Shown here piece after piece: positions 1 through 9,401 of a DNA stretch of 64,000 bases. A model generated the notes under the pieces. The model did no database searches and had not been told where the DNA came from. It worked only from the letters and a program-made list of their open reading frames with translations. How positions within the stretch are numbered: the stretch's first letter is position 1; every line of letters starts with the position of its first letter. The position numbers and the translations under genes were made by a program. Origin of the DNA: Myxococcota bacterium (GTDB lineage Bacteria > Myxococcota_A > UBA9160 > JAFDDA01); assembly GCA_965228475.1 (NCBI GenBank), contig OZ245817.1, forward strand, positions 1,984,001 through 2,048,000, written 5' to 3'.

Positions 1-1
1 G

Positions 2-2128
2 GTCATCCGGACGACCGTCCCCAACGAGGGCAACGAGCGGGCGCTCGGCGCCGACCTCCACACCCACCCGAACCCGGACGTCCGCACGGCCTTCGAGCGC
101 GCCACCGCGACGGGCGGGCCGAGCCGGACGCCGGCGAACGTCGCGTTCTTCCAGGGCGGACGCGGCTTCGCCTTCTACTGGCCGGTGTACGCCGAGAGCG
201 GGGAATCGGAAGGCTTCGTCAACGGCGTGGTGCGGATCGACGAGATCATCAGCGACGGGTTCCTCGGGGAGTCCTCGATGGACCGTTTCCGACTCGCCCT
301 CTACGACGGGGAGGAGCGGGTCGCCGTGATCGGCCAGGGTGCCGCCGAAGCAAGCGAGGCCGCCGATTGGCCCTACGCGCTGACGCGGGAGGTCGACGTG
401 CTCGACGGCACCTGGCGGCTCGTGATCGCTCCGAGCCACGCGGCACTCTCGCCCATGGGCGGCGCCGGGGCCGCAGCGCTCGGCAGCGCGTACTTCGTGG
501 CGGGGCTCGTCGGCTGGCTGCTCCACGTCTCGCTCGCCGGGCAGCGGCGGCTGCGCCTGCGGCAGCTCGAGCTGCATCAGCTCGCGACGGCGATGGAGCA
601 GGCCTCCGAAGGCATCGTCGTGACCGACCCGCTCGGCCGGGTCGCCTACGCGAACCGCGCGTTCGGCGAGATGATGGGGCGCGACCGGGCGCGGGAGGCC
701 GGTGCTTCGGTCCTCGGCCTCGCCGCCGCCAACGGCAGCGACGACGTGCTGCTTTCCGAGATCGCTTCGAGCCTGCGCGAGGGCAAGCCCTGGCAGGGGC
801 GCTACGAAACGGTCTGGGACGACGGCTCGCGCCACATGCGCGCCGGCAGCGTCACGCCCGTGCGCGACACCGCCGGGAAGATCGTGCGGCTCGTCTGCGT
901 GCTTCGCGACGTGACCCGCGAGGAGGAGCTCGAGGATCAGCTCCGGCAGGGGCAAAAGATGGAGGCGGTGGGGCGTCTCGCCGGCGGGGCGGCCCACGAC
1001 TTCAACAACCTGCTCACCGTGATCAGCGCCTGCTGCCAGCAGATGCTCGAGCACCCCGAAGATGCCGAGGAGACCCGCCGCAGCGCCGGGATGATCCACG
1101 ACGCGTCCGAGCGGGCCGCGAGCCTGATCCGCCAGCTGCTCGCCTTCAGCCGTCAGCAGTCGCTCCGCCCGGAGCGGCTCGACGTGGACGAGGTCCTCGA
1201 GACGCTCGCGCCGATGCTGCGCCGGCTGATCGGCGAGGACGTCGCCCTCGAGGTCGAGCCCGGACCGGGCGTGCCCGAGATCGAGGTGGACCGCGGCCAG
1301 CTCGAACAGGTCGTCGTGAACCTCTGCCTGAACGCCCGGGACGCCATGCCCGAGGGCGGGCGGATCGTTCTGGCCACGCACCGCGAGACCGTGGGGGAGG
1401 GCCCGATCGACGTCCGGCCGGAGCTCGCCAGCGGCGTCTACGCCCGGCTCGAGGTGCGCGACGACGGAGCCGGCATGCCGCTCGCGGTCCGGGAGCGGAT
1501 GTTCGACCCCTTCTTCACGACCAAGGACGTCGGCCAGGGGACGGGCCTCGGACTTTCGACGGTCTACGGCATCGTCGAACAGAGCGGGGGCGGGCTGCGG
1601 GTGCGGAGCTCGCCCGGCGGCGGAACGGAGGTCGCGGTGCTGCTGCCCGGAGCGGCCGGTGCCGCCGCCGAGGCGTCGCGAGCGGAGCCGGCCGCGTCGC
1701 CCCGCGCCGCCTCCCGCCCGGCTCGCGGCGAGACGATCCTGCTGGTCGAGGACGAGCCGGCGATCCTGAATCTGGTGACGCGGCTGCTCGAGTCCGCGGG
1801 CTATCGGGTGATCGCGGCGTCGGACGGGGAGGAAGCGTTGGCCCGGGTCAACGAGTCCGGCGAGGAGCCGGAGCTCCTGCTGAGCGACGTGATCATGCCG
1901 AAGCTCGGGGGGCCCGACCTGGCCAAGCGTCTGCGCGAGCGGCTCCCGGGACTCCGGACGATCTTCATGTCGGGCTACGCCCTCGACCATCGCACCGGCG
2001 CGGTCCGCCTCGACCCGGGCGACCGGGTGATCCAGAAACCGTTCACCCCGCGCGCCCTGGTCGAGACCGTCGAGCGCGTGCTCCTCGGCCAGGAGATGGC
2101 CAAGGACGAGGAAACCCGGCTCTCGTGA
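2..2128 (+). CDS. Hybrid sensor histidine kinase (CHASE-like sensor, TM, PAS, HisKA/HATPase, REC); 5' partial
   Basis: Frame is open from position 2 ([19 protein letters not shown]...FQGGRGF, CHASE-like). H-box AHDFNNLL, N-box [21 protein letters not shown], and receiver domain ILLVEDE...SDVIMP...QKPF. Confidence 0.9.
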   Translation, partial: VIRTTVPNEGNERALGADLHTHPNPDVRTAFERATATGGPSRTPANVAFFQGGRGFAFYWPVYAESGESEGFVNGVVRIDEIISDGFLGESSMDRFRLALYDGEERVAVIGQGAAEASEAADWPYALTREVDVLDGTWRLVIAPSHAALSPMGGAGAAALGSAYFVAGLVGWLLHVSLAGQRRLRLRQLELHQLATAMEQASEGIVVTDPLGRVAYANRAFGEMMGRDRAREAGASVLGLAAANGSDDVLLSEIASSLREGKPWQGRYETVWDDGSRHMRAGSVTPVRDTAGKIVRLVCVLRDVTREEELEDQLRQGQKMEAVGRLAGGAAHDFNNLLTVISACCQQMLEHPEDAEETRRSAGMIHDASERAASLIRQLLAFSRQQSLRPERLDVDEVLETLAPMLRRLIGEDVALEVEPGPGVPEIEVDRGQLEQVVVNLCLNARDAMPEGGRIVLATHRETVGEGPIDVRPELASGVYARLEVRDDGAGMPLAVRERMFDPFFTTKDVGQGTGLGLSTVYGIVEQSGGGLRVRSSPGGGTEVAVLLPGAAGAAAEASRAEPAASPRAASRPARGETILLVEDEPAILNLVTRLLESAGYRVIAASDGEEALARVNESGEEPELLLSDVIMPKLGGPDLAKRLRERLPGLRTIFMSGYALDHRTGAVRLDPGDRVIQKPFTPRALVETVERVLLGQEMAKDEETRLS

Positions 2129-2613
2129 GTCAGCGCTACGCCCTCGAGGCGAGGTTCGGAGAAGAGCGGCACGAGTTCGTCGAGTGGGTTCCCCACTGCG
2201 CCGTCTTGGGGATCCGGGTGGTCCGGGTCGGGCCGGCGAGCGCGACGCTCCGGCTCCCGTTCCGCGAGGATCTCGTGGGCGACCCGGACCGCGGCGTGGT
2301 CTTCGGCGGCGTGATCACGACCCTGCTCGACCAGGCCGGCGGCGTCGCCACGATCTGCGGGCTCGAGACCATCGTGCCCGTGGCCACGATCGACCTTCGC
2401 GTGGACTACCTGCGCGCGGCGAGGCCGGGGATGGAGCTCTTCGGGACGGCCGAACTCTTCAAGCAGACCCGCAGCGTGGCCTTCGTCCGGGGCAAGGCCT
2501 GGGACGCGGACGAAGAAGACCCCTTCGCCCACTTCATCGCGACGTACATGCTCGGTTCGCGCGACATGGAGCACCCGCTGAAGCGTTTCGCGGCGGAGCA
2601 GGCCGGTGGCTGA
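2125..2613 (+). CDS. PaaI-family (hotdog) thioesterase
   Basis: GTG start overlaps the kinase stop (GTGA). Motifs FGGVITTLLDQAGG and ATIDLRVDYLRAA. Confidence 0.85.
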   Translation: MSQRYALEARFGEERHEFVEWVPHCAVLGIRVVRVGPASATLRLPFREDLVGDPDRGVVFGGVITTLLDQAGGVATICGLETIVPVATIDLRVDYLRAARPGMELFGTAELFKQTRSVAFVRGKAWDADEEDPFAHFIATYMLGSRDMEHPLKRFAAEQAGG

Positions 2614-2998
2614 GCCGCGGGATCCCGTCGAGCGCATCCCCTATGCCCGTCTGATCGGGGTCGAGACGCGCCGCGATGCCGAGGGGCTCCTGTGCGTGCT
2701 GCCCTTCAAGCCGGAGATCGTCGGCAACAAGGACCTCCCGGCCGTGCACGGCGGCGTCGTCGGATCCTTCCTCGAGATGACGGCGCTGCTCGCGCTGGTC
2801 GCGGAGGGGGGCGGCACGCGCATCCCGAAGCCCATCAACTTCAGCACGGACTACCTGCGCAGCGCCGGGCCCGAGACGACCCACGGCCGGGCCGAGATCG
2901 TGAAGCAGGGGCGCCGGATCGCGAACGTCCGCGTCGTGGCCTGGCAGGGGGACCCGGAGCGCCCCGTGGCCGCCGGCATCGGCAACTTCCTCCTCTAG
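2606..2998 (+). CDS. PaaI-family thioesterase
   Basis: GN..LPAVHGGVVGSFLE, PKPINFSTDYLR, GRRIANV. Confidence 0.85.
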   Translation: MAEPRDPVERIPYARLIGVETRRDAEGLLCVLPFKPEIVGNKDLPAVHGGVVGSFLEMTALLALVAEGGGTRIPKPINFSTDYLRSAGPETTHGRAEIVKQGRRIANVRVVAWQGDPERPVAAGIGNFLL

Positions 2999-4126
2999 GT
3001 GCCGGAGGTCGTCTCGCCGTACCGCGTGTGCCCGATCGGGGCTCACGTCGACCACCAGCACGGCCCGGTGCTCGGGATGGCCATTCGCCTGGGGACGCGT
3101 CTCTCGTTCGAGCCCGCTTCCGGGCCCGCGTGCGCGCTCGAGAGCGGCGCCTTCTCCGAGCGGGCGTCTTTCGACGTGCGAGCGCCCGAGGCGGGGCGTG
3201 CCGAGGACTGGACCCGCTACCCGCGCGCCGCCGCCTGGGCCCTGCGCGACAAGCTCCCCGCGGACGCTCGGGGAATCACCGGCCGGGTCGAAGGCAGCCT
3301 CGCGGGCGGCGGCCTCTCCTCGTCGGCATCGCTGATCCTGGCCTGCCTGAACGCGCTCGCCCTGGCGAACGGCATCGAGCTCGGTGCCGAGGACCAGGTG
3401 AGGCTCTCCTTCGAGGCCGAGAACGGATTCGTCGGGCTCAAGAGCGGCGTGCTCGACCCGGCCGCTATCGTCGCCTCGCGCCGCGGCGCGCTCGCGCTGA
3501 TCGACACGCGCGAGGTCCGCTGGGAGACGATCCAGCCCGCGCCCGAGACGCCGCCCTGGCGCGTGCTCGTGGCCTTCAGCGGGCGGACCCGGAACCTGGT
3601 CGCGACCGGTTTCAACCAGCGCGTCGAAGAGTGTGGCGCGGCGGCCCGCCGGGTCGCGGCCGCGACGGGCCTGCCGGCCACCGAACGCCTGGGCGATCTG
3701 CCGGAGGATCTGCTCGCCGAGGCCCTCGCCACGCTCCCGCCGGTCGAGGCGCGTCGCGCGCGGCACTTCGTCGGCGAGCGGGAGCGGGTTCGGGAAGGGG
3801 CCGCGCTCTGGAAGGCGGGCGACCTCGCGGGTTTCGGCGAACGAATGGTGGCCTCGTGTCGCAGCTCCATCGTCAACTTCGAGACCGGTTCCGAGGAGTT
3901 GGTGGCGCTTCATGAGCTGTTGCTCGAAGGGGGGTGTTTCGGCGCGCGCTTCAGTGGCGCCGGCTTCGCCGGTTGCGCTGTCGGTCTGGTGCCGGCCGCG
4001 CGCGCCGAAGCGTGCCGCGAATTCGTCGAGCGGCGGTTCGCGGAACGATTTCCGGCCCTCGCCGATTCGGCGCGGACCTTCGTGACCGAAGGCGACGACG
4101 GCATCCGCGTCACGCAAGATTCGTGA
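2999..4126 (+). CDS. GHMP sugar kinase, galactokinase/galacturonokinase-like
   Basis: SPYRVCPIGAHVDHQ, GGGLSSSAS ATP loop, GARFSGAGFAGC. Confidence 0.85.
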   Translation: MPEVVSPYRVCPIGAHVDHQHGPVLGMAIRLGTRLSFEPASGPACALESGAFSERASFDVRAPEAGRAEDWTRYPRAAAWALRDKLPADARGITGRVEGSLAGGGLSSSASLILACLNALALANGIELGAEDQVRLSFEAENGFVGLKSGVLDPAAIVASRRGALALIDTREVRWETIQPAPETPPWRVLVAFSGRTRNLVATGFNQRVEECGAAARRVAAATGLPATERLGDLPEDLLAEALATLPPVEARRARHFVGERERVREGAALWKAGDLAGFGERMVASCRSSIVNFETGSEELVALHELLLEGGCFGARFSGAGFAGCAVGLVPAARAEACREFVERRFAERFPALADSARTFVTEGDDGIRVTQDS

Positions 4127-4189
4127 CGGGGTTTGTTCGGCCGCCGGGTGCTTCCGCGCGGCGGAGAAATCGGTTAACAACACGGCGGG

Positions 4190-5050
4190 GTGAGGGCTTA
4201 CTCGCAAAGCGACGTCGCTCGTTTGTTCAAGGTGTCTCCCGCGCGCTTGCGCTCGTGGGAGCGAGCGGAACTCGTGGGCCCGAGCGTCGTCGTCGATTCC
4301 GAGCCGGCCTACGAGTACGAAGACCTGCTCTGCGTTCGCGCCGTTCTCGAGCTGCTCGACCGCGGCGTGCCGCTGCGACGCATCCGCAAGAGCGTCGCGG
4401 CGCTGCGGCGCCAGATCCCGGACATGGACCGCCCGGCCCGCGCGCTGCGCATGTGGCACGAGGGGTCCGGCCGGGTCGTGGTCCGGCACGACGATCAGCT
4501 CCTCGAGCCGAGCGGACAGATGGTGCTCGACCTCGGCGGTGAGGCGGCGAGCTCCGTCACCGAGATCGGCCGCGCCGAGGCCGCGCCGGCCCAGCAGGCC
4601 GGCGATTGGTTCGAGCTCGGCTGCCGCAAGGACACGGATCCGCGCACCTACGAAGACGCCATCGCCGCCTACCGCCGCGCCCTCGAGATCGCGCCGGACT
4701 TCACCGACGCCCACTGCAACCTCGGCGCCGTGCTCTACAACGACGGGCGCCGCGAGGAGGCGCGCGTGTGCTTCGAGCGGGCGCTCCAGCTCGACCCCGC
4801 GCACCTCGAGAGCAACCTGAACCTCGCGAACATCCTCGAGGAGGAGAACCGCAACGAGGCGGCGCTTTCGCACTACAAGCTGGCGTTGAAGGCGGACCCG
4901 TTCCGGGCGGACGTGCACCTGAACCTGGCCTTGCTCTACGAGAAGCTCGGCCTGCGGCGCAAGGCGCGCAGCCACTGGCGGGCCTATCTCCAGCGCGACC
5001 CCGAGGGCAGCTGGGCCGACGTCGCGCAGACCCGGCTGGACGAGGAGTGA
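4190..5050 (+). CDS. MerR-like HTH plus tetratricopeptide repeat protein
   Basis: N-terminal YSQSDVARLFKVSPARLRSWERAELV; C-terminal TPRs (AHCNLG, ESNLNLA, VHLNLA). Confidence 0.8.
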   Translation: MRAYSQSDVARLFKVSPARLRSWERAELVGPSVVVDSEPAYEYEDLLCVRAVLELLDRGVPLRRIRKSVAALRRQIPDMDRPARALRMWHEGSGRVVVRHDDQLLEPSGQMVLDLGGEAASSVTEIGRAEAAPAQQAGDWFELGCRKDTDPRTYEDAIAAYRRALEIAPDFTDAHCNLGAVLYNDGRREEARVCFERALQLDPAHLESNLNLANILEEENRNEAALSHYKLALKADPFRADVHLNLALLYEKLGLRRKARSHWRAYLQRDPEGSWADVAQTRLDEE

Positions 5051-5081
5051 GCCGCCGGTCCTCCGGCCGCTCGTCCCGGGC

Positions 5082-5510
5082 ATGAACCTGCGCCTCGTGG
5101 GCATCGTCGTCGTCGCTGGCGCCGTCCTGGCGCTGCTCGGGACCTGGTTCTACTTCGAACGCGTCGCGAACCCGCGCGTGGTCCGGGAGCTCCGGGCCGA
5201 CCCCGAGGGCGAGCGCGCGAAGAAGGTCGCGCTGCTCACGCTGCCCAGTGGGCGCGAGGTCCCGGCCAACTATCTCCGCAAGGGCGACGTGGTCTACTTC
5301 GGGGCGGACGGCCGCTGGTGGAGGGAACTCGCCGGCGCGGGCGGCCGCGTCGAGGTCCTGATCCAGGGGGAGTCCCTCGCCGGGCAGGGCCGGGCGATCG
5401 AGGACGACGCGGAGAAGACGAAGCGGGTCTTCGCCGAGCTACGGCCGACGGCCTTGCCCGGGTTCGGGACGCTCGTCGAGGTCCAGCTCGAGGGTCGCGC
5501 CGGCCCCTAG
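5082..5510 (+). CDS. Membrane-anchored protein, possible split-barrel nitroreductase/quinone reductase (DDN-like) family
   Basis: N-terminal TM helix; SGREVPANY...GRWWREL pattern resembles the DUF385/DDN family. Confidence 0.45.
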   Translation: MNLRLVGIVVVAGAVLALLGTWFYFERVANPRVVRELRADPEGERAKKVALLTLPSGREVPANYLRKGDVVYFGADGRWWRELAGAGGRVEVLIQGESLAGQGRAIEDDAEKTKRVFAELRPTALPGFGTLVEVQLEGRAGP

Positions 5511-6052
5511 CCGCGGGCGGCGCGGGCTCGCGCGGCCAGCACGGTCAGCGCGGCCAGCCACGCGACGCTCCGCCCCGGCTCCGGGACGATCTCGATCTCG
5601 AGGTTCGCGGTTCCGACGTCGATCAGGCTGTTGAAGAAGAAGATCGAGCCGAACGTCTGCCCCGGGCTCGGCGGCGGCAGGAACGTACCGGTGCCGGGCG
5701 CCAGGGTGAGGCTGACGCCGAAGCCGGTGGCGCCGGGGACGAAGCACGGGTCGCAATCGAAGAACTGTTCGAGTCGCCAGAAGGCCGGGACGTCGGTGAG
5801 GAAGCCGCCGTCGAGGGTGAGGGGCAGGCCCGCGATGGAGAGCGTCCCCTCCTCGATGAAGTGGGAGCTGCCGGAGGGGCCCGTGGTCGACACGACCTCG
5901 ACGCGCCCCTCGCTGGTGAAGCCGATCGGGAAGATGTCGAAGTCGGTGTTCAGCACCCGGGCACGGAAATCGAAGGCGAAGGAGACCGCCGAGGCTGGCG
6001 CCGCCCAGGCGAGGGCGATGAAGAGTGCTGCGGTGGCGGTGGCGAGTCGCAC
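5507..6052 (-). CDS. PEP-CTERM-type sorting domain exported protein
   Basis: GTG start after GGAAGGAG; signal peptide ending APASA; C-terminal VPEP, hydrophobic stretch and basic tail RARAARG. Confidence 0.75.
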   Translation of the reverse strand: MRLATATAALFIALAWAAPASAVSFAFDFRARVLNTDFDIFPIGFTSEGRVEVVSTTGPSGSSHFIEEGTLSIAGLPLTLDGGFLTDVPAFWRLEQFFDCDPCFVPGATGFGVSLTLAPGTGTFLPPPSPGQTFGSIFFFNSLIDVGTANLEIEIVPEPGRSVAWLAALTVLAARARAARG

Positions 6053-6123
6053 GGGCTTCTCCTTCCGGGAAGGAGGTGGCCGCGAGGGGGGCTCACGTGG
6101 CGAATCGGGCCCGCGGGGCCGGG

Positions 6124-7650
6124 CTACCAGCGCAGGACGGGCTTGCGCGCGGCGCGGGTCTCGTCGAGCCGGGAGTGCCGCGTGTGGTGCGGGGCGTCGA
6201 GGAGGGTCTGGGGCTCCTCGGTGGCCTCGCGGACGATCGCCTGGAGGCTGTCCACGAAGCGGTCGAGGCCCTCGAGACTCTCGCTCTCGGTGGGCTCGAT
6301 CATCAAGGCCCCGTGGACGATCAGCGGGAAGTAGATCGTCGGCGGGTGGTAGCCGTAGTCGATCAGGCGCTTGGCGACGTCGAGGGTCGAGATGCCGTGC
6401 TCGGAGAGCTTGCGGTCCGAGAACACGCACTCGTGCATGACGGGCTTGTCGAAGGGCACGTGGAAATCGTCGCGCAGGCGGGCCAGCAGGTAGTTGGCGT
6501 TCAGCAGCGCCATCTCGGAGCAGCGGCGCAGCCCCTCGCGGCCGAGGGAGCGGATGTAGGTCCACGCGCGCACCGCCATGCCGAGGTTGCCGAGATTCCC
6601 GTGCAGCCGGCCGATCGAGTGGGGGAACTCGTGGTCGAGGGTGAAGCGCGTCTCGCCCTCCCGCTCGACCTTCTGGATCACGGGGGTCGGCAGGTACGTC
6701 GCCAGGATGTTCTTCACGCCGACCGGGCCCGAGCCCGGGCCGCCGCCGCCGTGGGGCGTCGAGAACGTCTTGTGCAGGTTGAAGTGCATGACGTCGATGC
6801 CGAGATCGCCGGGCCGCGCGATCCCGAGCAGCGCGTTCAGGTTGGCGCCGTCGCCGTAGATCAGGCCGCCCTTGGCGTGCACGATCTCGGCGATCTCGAC
6901 GATGTGCTCTTCGAACAGGCCGAGGGTGTTCGGGTTGGTGAGCATCAGGCCCGCGACGGTCTCGTCCATGCGCTCGGCCACGGCCTGGGGGTGGAGGATG
7001 CCGTCGGGGCCGCCGGGGACCGCGACGACCTCGTAGCCGTTCAGGGCCGCGCTGGCGGGGTTCGTGCCGTGGGCGCTGTCCGGGATCAGGACCTTCGTGC
7101 GCTTCTCGCCGCGGTGCTCGTGGTAGGCGCGGATCATCATGATCCCCGCGAGTTCGCCCTGGGCGCCGGCGGCCGGCTGCAGGGTCACGCGGTCCATCCC
7201 GCTGATCTCGGCGAGGAGCCCCTCGAGCTCGAAGCAGAGCTGCAGGAAGCCCTGGGCCTCCTCCGCGGGCAGCATCGGGTGGGCCCCGGCAAAGCCGTCC
7301 ATGCGGGCGGCGCGCTCGTTGAGCTTCGGGTTGTACTTCATCGTGCAGGAGCCGAGCGGGTAGAGCCCCAGATCGACCGCTGCGTTCCAGGTGGACATCC
7401 GGGTGAAGTGCCGGATCACGTCGACCTCGGAGAGTTCCGGCAGGCCCGCCGACTCTTCGCGCAGGGTGCCCTCGGGCAGGACGTCGGCCGGGTCGACGGG
7501 CGGCACGTCGAGCTCGGGCAGGGTGTATCCGACGCGGCCGGGGCGGCTGCGCTCGATCGAGAGCGGCTCCTCGTAGGCGAAGCCGCGCGTGGCGTTGCCC
7601 GGGGCGGGGCCCGGCCGGCCGCCGTTCGTCTCGGTGCGTTCCCGGCTCAC
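6124..7650 (-). CDS. gcvPB: Glycine dehydrogenase (decarboxylating) subunit 2
   Basis: YPLGSCTMKYNP, SAHGTNPASA, HFNLHKTFSTPHGGGGPG. GTG start overlaps the gcvPA stop. Confidence 0.95.
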   Translation of the reverse strand: MSRERTETNGGRPGPAPGNATRGFAYEEPLSIERSRPGRVGYTLPELDVPPVDPADVLPEGTLREESAGLPELSEVDVIRHFTRMSTWNAAVDLGLYPLGSCTMKYNPKLNERAARMDGFAGAHPMLPAEEAQGFLQLCFELEGLLAEISGMDRVTLQPAAGAQGELAGIMMIRAYHEHRGEKRTKVLIPDSAHGTNPASAALNGYEVVAVPGGPDGILHPQAVAERMDETVAGLMLTNPNTLGLFEEHIVEIAEIVHAKGGLIYGDGANLNALLGIARPGDLGIDVMHFNLHKTFSTPHGGGGPGSGPVGVKNILATYLPTPVIQKVEREGETRFTLDHEFPHSIGRLHGNLGNLGMAVRAWTYIRSLGREGLRRCSEMALLNANYLLARLRDDFHVPFDKPVMHECVFSDRKLSEHGISTLDVAKRLIDYGYHPPTIYFPLIVHGALMIEPTESESLEGLDRFVDSLQAIVREATEEPQTLLDAPHHTRHSRLDETRAARKPVLRW

Positions 7651-8999
7651 GAGGCGGCTCCGGCGAGGGTCTCGACGAGACGGTCGATCTCCTCGCGCTT
7701 CGAGAGCTCGGTGGTGCACACGAGCACCGCGGGCCCGAGCTCGGGCGCCGCGGCCGAAAGATCGAACCCGCCGATGATGCCGGCTTCCCGCGCCCGGGCG
7801 AGGGCGTCCGCGGCCGTCCCCGGTACGCCCACCACGAACTCGTTGAAGGTGGCCCCGGGAAGAGGAAGCGAGAGGCCTTGCGTCTCGCGCACCCGCTGCT
7901 TCGCATATTCCGCCTTGGCCAGGTTCGTTTCGGCGAGCGAGCGGAGACCTTCCTTCCCGAGCAGGGTCAGGTAGATCGTCGCCATCAGCAGGCAGAGCCC
8001 CTGGTTCGTGCAGATGTTCGAGGTCGCCCGCTCGCGCCGGATGTGCTGCTCGCGGGTCGAGAGGGTGAGGACGAAACCGCGGCGCCCGCGCGTGTCGGTC
8101 GTCTCGCCGACGATGCGGCCCGGGAGCTGCCGCACGTGCTTCTGGGTCGTGGCGAGGAAGCCCAGGTGGGGGCCGCCGAAGCTCATCGGGACGCCGAAGC
8201 TCTGGGCCTCGCCGCACACGATGTCGGCGCCGAGCTTGCCGGGCGCCTCGAGGAGCGCCAGCGAGAGCGCTTCCGAGACCGCGACCACGAGCAGCGCGCC
8301 GTGCGCGTGGGCCTCTTCGGCCAGGGCGCGAAGGTCCTGGACGCTGCCGAGGAAGCCGGGCTGCTGGACGATCACGCAGGCCGTCTCGGCATCGACGAGG
8401 CCCGCGACCGAGGCCGCCGAGCCCTCGGGCGAGCGCTCGCCCTCGGCGATCGCGACACCGAGGCCGCCCGTGTAGGTGTCGAGGACTTCCCGCCAATGCG
8501 GGTGCAGGCCGTTCGCGAGCACGACCCGCTCCCGGCGGGTGATGCGCATGGCCATGAGGGCCGCTTCGGCCACGGCCGAGGCGCCGTCGTACATCGAGGC
8601 GTTCGCGACGGGGAGCCCCGTGAGCTCGGAGACCATGCTCTGCCACTCGAAGATGGTCTGGAGCGTGCCCTGGCTGATCTCCGGCTGGTAGGGCGTGTAG
8701 GCGGTGTAGAACTCCGAGCGCGAGACCAGGGAGTCGACCGCGGTCGGAACGAAGTGGGCGTACGTGCCGGCGCCGAGGAACCAGGCGTGGGTGGCGGGCG
8801 AGGCGTTCCGGCCGGCCAGCGCGTGGAGCTCCTCCATCAGCGTCTGCTCGCTCGCGGCCGAGGGCACGTGCAGCGGTCGGTCGAGCCGCAGCTTCTCCGG
8901 GATCGTGGCGAGGAGCCCGTCGAGGCTCTCGAGCCCGATCGCCGCGAGCATGCTGCGGACGTCTTCGTCCGTGTGGGGGATGTAGGGGCTGCGCGCCAG
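7647..8999 (-). CDS. gcvPA: Glycine dehydrogenase (decarboxylating) subunit 1; probable CTG start
   Basis: FYTAYTPYQPEISQG, REQHIRRERATSNICTNQ. The conserved YIPHT N-terminus lies upstream of the first ATG (8951). Confidence 0.95.
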   Translation of the reverse strand: MARSPYIPHTDEDVRSMLAAIGLESLDGLLATIPEKLRLDRPLHVPSAASEQTLMEELHALAGRNASPATHAWFLGAGTYAHFVPTAVDSLVSRSEFYTAYTPYQPEISQGTLQTIFEWQSMVSELTGLPVANASMYDGASAVAEAALMAMRITRRERVVLANGLHPHWREVLDTYTGGLGVAIAEGERSPEGSAASVAGLVDAETACVIVQQPGFLGSVQDLRALAEEAHAHGALLVVAVSEALSLALLEAPGKLGADIVCGEAQSFGVPMSFGGPHLGFLATTQKHVRQLPGRIVGETTDTRGRRGFVLTLSTREQHIRRERATSNICTNQGLCLLMATIYLTLLGKEGLRSLAETNLAKAEYAKQRVRETQGLSLPLPGATFNEFVVGVPGTAADALARAREAGIIGGFDLSAAAPELGPAVLVCTTELSKREEIDRLVETLAGAAS

Positions 9000-9002
9000 G
9001 GG

Positions 9003-9401
9003 CTAGTCCTCGCGGTCCTTCACGTGCTGGGCGTAGCCCTCGGACGAGAGCAGCTCTTCGTACTCGGACTCGTTCGAGGGGGCCAGCGTGATCATCCAGC
9101 CGTCGCCGTAGCAGTCCTCGTTGACGCTCTCGGGCGCCTCGGCCAGGTCGGTGTTCACCGCGACGACCTCGCCCGAGATCGGCGCGAAGAGATCGGAGAC
9201 GGTCTTGACGGATTCGATCACGCCGAACGGATCGCCCGCGTTCACCTGGGCGCCCACCTCGGGGAGCTCGACGAAGACGATGTCGCCGAGCTGCTGCTGG
9301 GCGTAGTCCGTCACCCCGATGACGATGTTGCCGTTCTCGGGGCGGGCCCACTCGTCCTCTTTGCTGTAGCGCAACGTATCCGGGAAATCGTAGCTAGCCA
9401 A
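9003..9401 (-). CDS. gcvH: Glycine cleavage system H protein
   Basis: GVTDYAQQQLGDIVFVELP and lipoyl-Lys motif IESVKT. Confidence 0.95.
   Translation of the reverse strand: MASYDFPDTLRYSKEDEWARPENGNIVIGVTDYAQQQLGDIVFVELPEVGAQVNAGDPFGVIESVKTVSDLFAPISGEVVAVNTDLAEAPESVNEDCYGDGWMITLAPSNESEYEELLSSEGYAQHVKDRED

Noticed and set aside
2996..3001. Stop-codon recoding (TAG readthrough) fusing adjacent in-frame genes
   Set aside because: TAG, TGA and TAA all act as ordinary stops across the window, and a canonical GTG follows this TAG directly.
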